This document shows positions 8,701-10,169 of a DNA stretch of 10,169 nt, in pieces. A program made the translations under genes and the position numbers. Origin of the DNA: Zygnema circumcarinatum SAG 698-1b (lineage: Eukaryota; Plantae; Zygnematophyceae); contig JBBHKD010000038.1 of NCBI GenBank assembly GCA_037447605.1, positions 1 to 10,169 on the forward strand, written 5' to 3'. Under the pieces are notes generated by a model that made no database searches, was not told where the DNA came from, and saw only the letters and a list, made by a program, of their open reading frames with translations. Every line of letters starts with the position of its first letter. Position 1 is the first letter of the stretch.

Positions 8701-10169
8701 ATTTGGCGTTCTCCCTATTCAGATATGGACGTTTTTGTGACACGTGAAATAGGTTGCATTCCTATACACGTCCACTCCGTTATACATAACTTTTTTGTCT
8801 TTTATTCTTTTGCACCGAAATTTCTTAGCGTCACTCTATAGTGAGTCCGCCGTATGCACAAAAAGTTTGAGTCAATTAAGCGTTCTCCGTATTCAGATAT
8901 GGACGTTTTTGTGACACGTGCAAGAAGTTGCGTTCCTATACATGTCCACTCCGTTATACATAACTTTTTTGTCTTTTATTCTTTTGCACCGAAATTTCTC
9001 AGCGCCACTCTATAGTGAGTCCGCCGTATTCACAAAAAGTTTGAGTCAATTTGGCGTTCTCCCCATTCAAATATGGACGTTTTTGTGACACGTGCAATAG
9101 GTTGCGTTCCTATACACGTCCACTCCGTTATATATAATATTTTTGTCTTTTATTTTTTTGCACCAAAATTTCTTAGCGTCACGCTACAGTGTGTCCGCCG
9201 TACGCACAAAAAGTTTGAGTCAATTTGTCGTTCTCCGTATTCAGATATGGACGTTTTTGTGACACGTGCTATAGGCTGTGTTCGTATACACGTCCACTCC
9301 GTTATACATAACTTTTTTGTCTTTTATTCTTTTGCACCGAAATTTCTTAGCGTCACTCTATAGTGAGTCCGCCGTATGCACAAAAAGTTTGAGTCAATTT
9401 GGCGTTCTCCCCATTCAAATATGGACGTTTTTGTGACATGTGCAATAGGTTGCGTTCCTATAAACGTCCACTCCGTTATATATAACTTTTTTGTCTTTTA
9501 TTTTTTTGCACCAAAATTTCTTAGCGTCACGCTACAGTGTGTCTGCCGTACGCACAAAAAGTTTGAGTCAATTTTGCGTTCTCCCTATTTAGATATGGAC
9601 GTTTTTGTGACACGTGCTATAGGCTGCGTTCGTATACACGTCCACTCCGTTATATTTAACTTTTTTGTCTTTTAATTTTGTGCACCGAAATTTTTTAGCA
9701 TTACTGTACAGTGAATCCGCCGTATGCACAAAAAGTTTGAGTCAATTTGGCGTTCTCCCTATTCAAATATGGACGTTTTTGTGACACGTGCAATAGGTTG
9801 CGTTCCTATACACGTCCACTCCGATATATATTACTTTTTTGTCTTTTACTTTTTTGCACCGAAATTTCTGAGCGTCACGCTACAGTGTGTCCGCCGTATG
9901 CACAAAAAGTTTGAGTCAATTGCTGTTCTCCCTATTCAGATATGGACGTTTTGTGACACGTGCAATAAGTTGGCGCTTCTTATACATGTCCACACCGCTA
10001 TTTATAACTTTTTGTCTTTTTACCTTTTGGTAACTGAAATTTCTCAGTTGTCACACTACGCGGAGTCCGTCCGTATGCACAAAAAGTTTGAGTCAATTCA
10101 AGCGTTCTCCTATTCACAGATATGGACGTTTTTGTGACACGCGCACAGGTAACGCTCCTATACACGTCC
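2787..10169. repeat. 174-bp tandem satellite array, ~42.4 monomers, runs off the window end
   Basis: The ATGCACAAAAAG/ACGCACAAAAAG anchor recurs at 2928, 3101, 3275, 3449, 3623, 3797, 3971, 4143, 4317, 4491, 4667, 4841, 5015 ... 9376, 9550, 9724, 9898 and 10075, with modal spacing 174. Monomers are head-to-tail and differ by shared point variants. Confidence 0.99.

Noticed and set aside
3449-10137. Repeated MHKKFESIWRSPYSDMDVF... ORFs as protein-coding genes
   Set aside because: They arise from a repeat unit divisible by three. Variants are mostly nonsynonymous or nonsense, and there is no domain similarity I recognise (kept only as a low-interest finding).
2787-10169. CRISPR array
   Set aside because: There are no unique spacers, the whole 174-bp unit is repeated, there are no cas genes, and the context is eukaryotic.
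1-10169. Host taxon, named satellite family or CENP-B box assignment
   Set aside because: I do not recognise the monomer and see no match to the 17-bp CENP-B box. A database search of the monomer and RT is required.

Overview
Eukaryotic satellite DNA interrupted by one Ty1/Copia LTR retrotransposon. A tandem array of ~174-bp monomers (consensus ~41% GC) occupies 1-209 and 2787-10169, with about 42 copies on the right. A + strand Copia element sits at 210-2786. It comprises the first 192 bp of the 5' LTR, a 10-N assembly gap (402-411) that must hide the rest of the 5' LTR, PBS, gag, protease and integrase, a clean RT reading frame (412-927), a frameshift-riddled RT C-terminus/RNase H (928-1806), a polypurine tract (1814-1824) and a ~961-bp 3' LTR (1826-2786, TGTT...AACA). 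The satellite resumes in exact register after the element, with a probable 5-bp TSD (TTAAG left, TTAG right). The monomers carry diagnostic variants that show duplications of 1, 2, 3 and 12 monomers, plus chimeric units. Several blocks look like unpolished long-read sequence, so frameshifts and LTR divergence should not be read as age. No host gene, RNA gene or CRISPR array is supported, and the host taxon cannot be named from the sequence. I see no clearly new biological system. The best lead is a candidate satellite- or centromere-associated Copia in a nucleosome-sized satellite with emerging higher-order structure.
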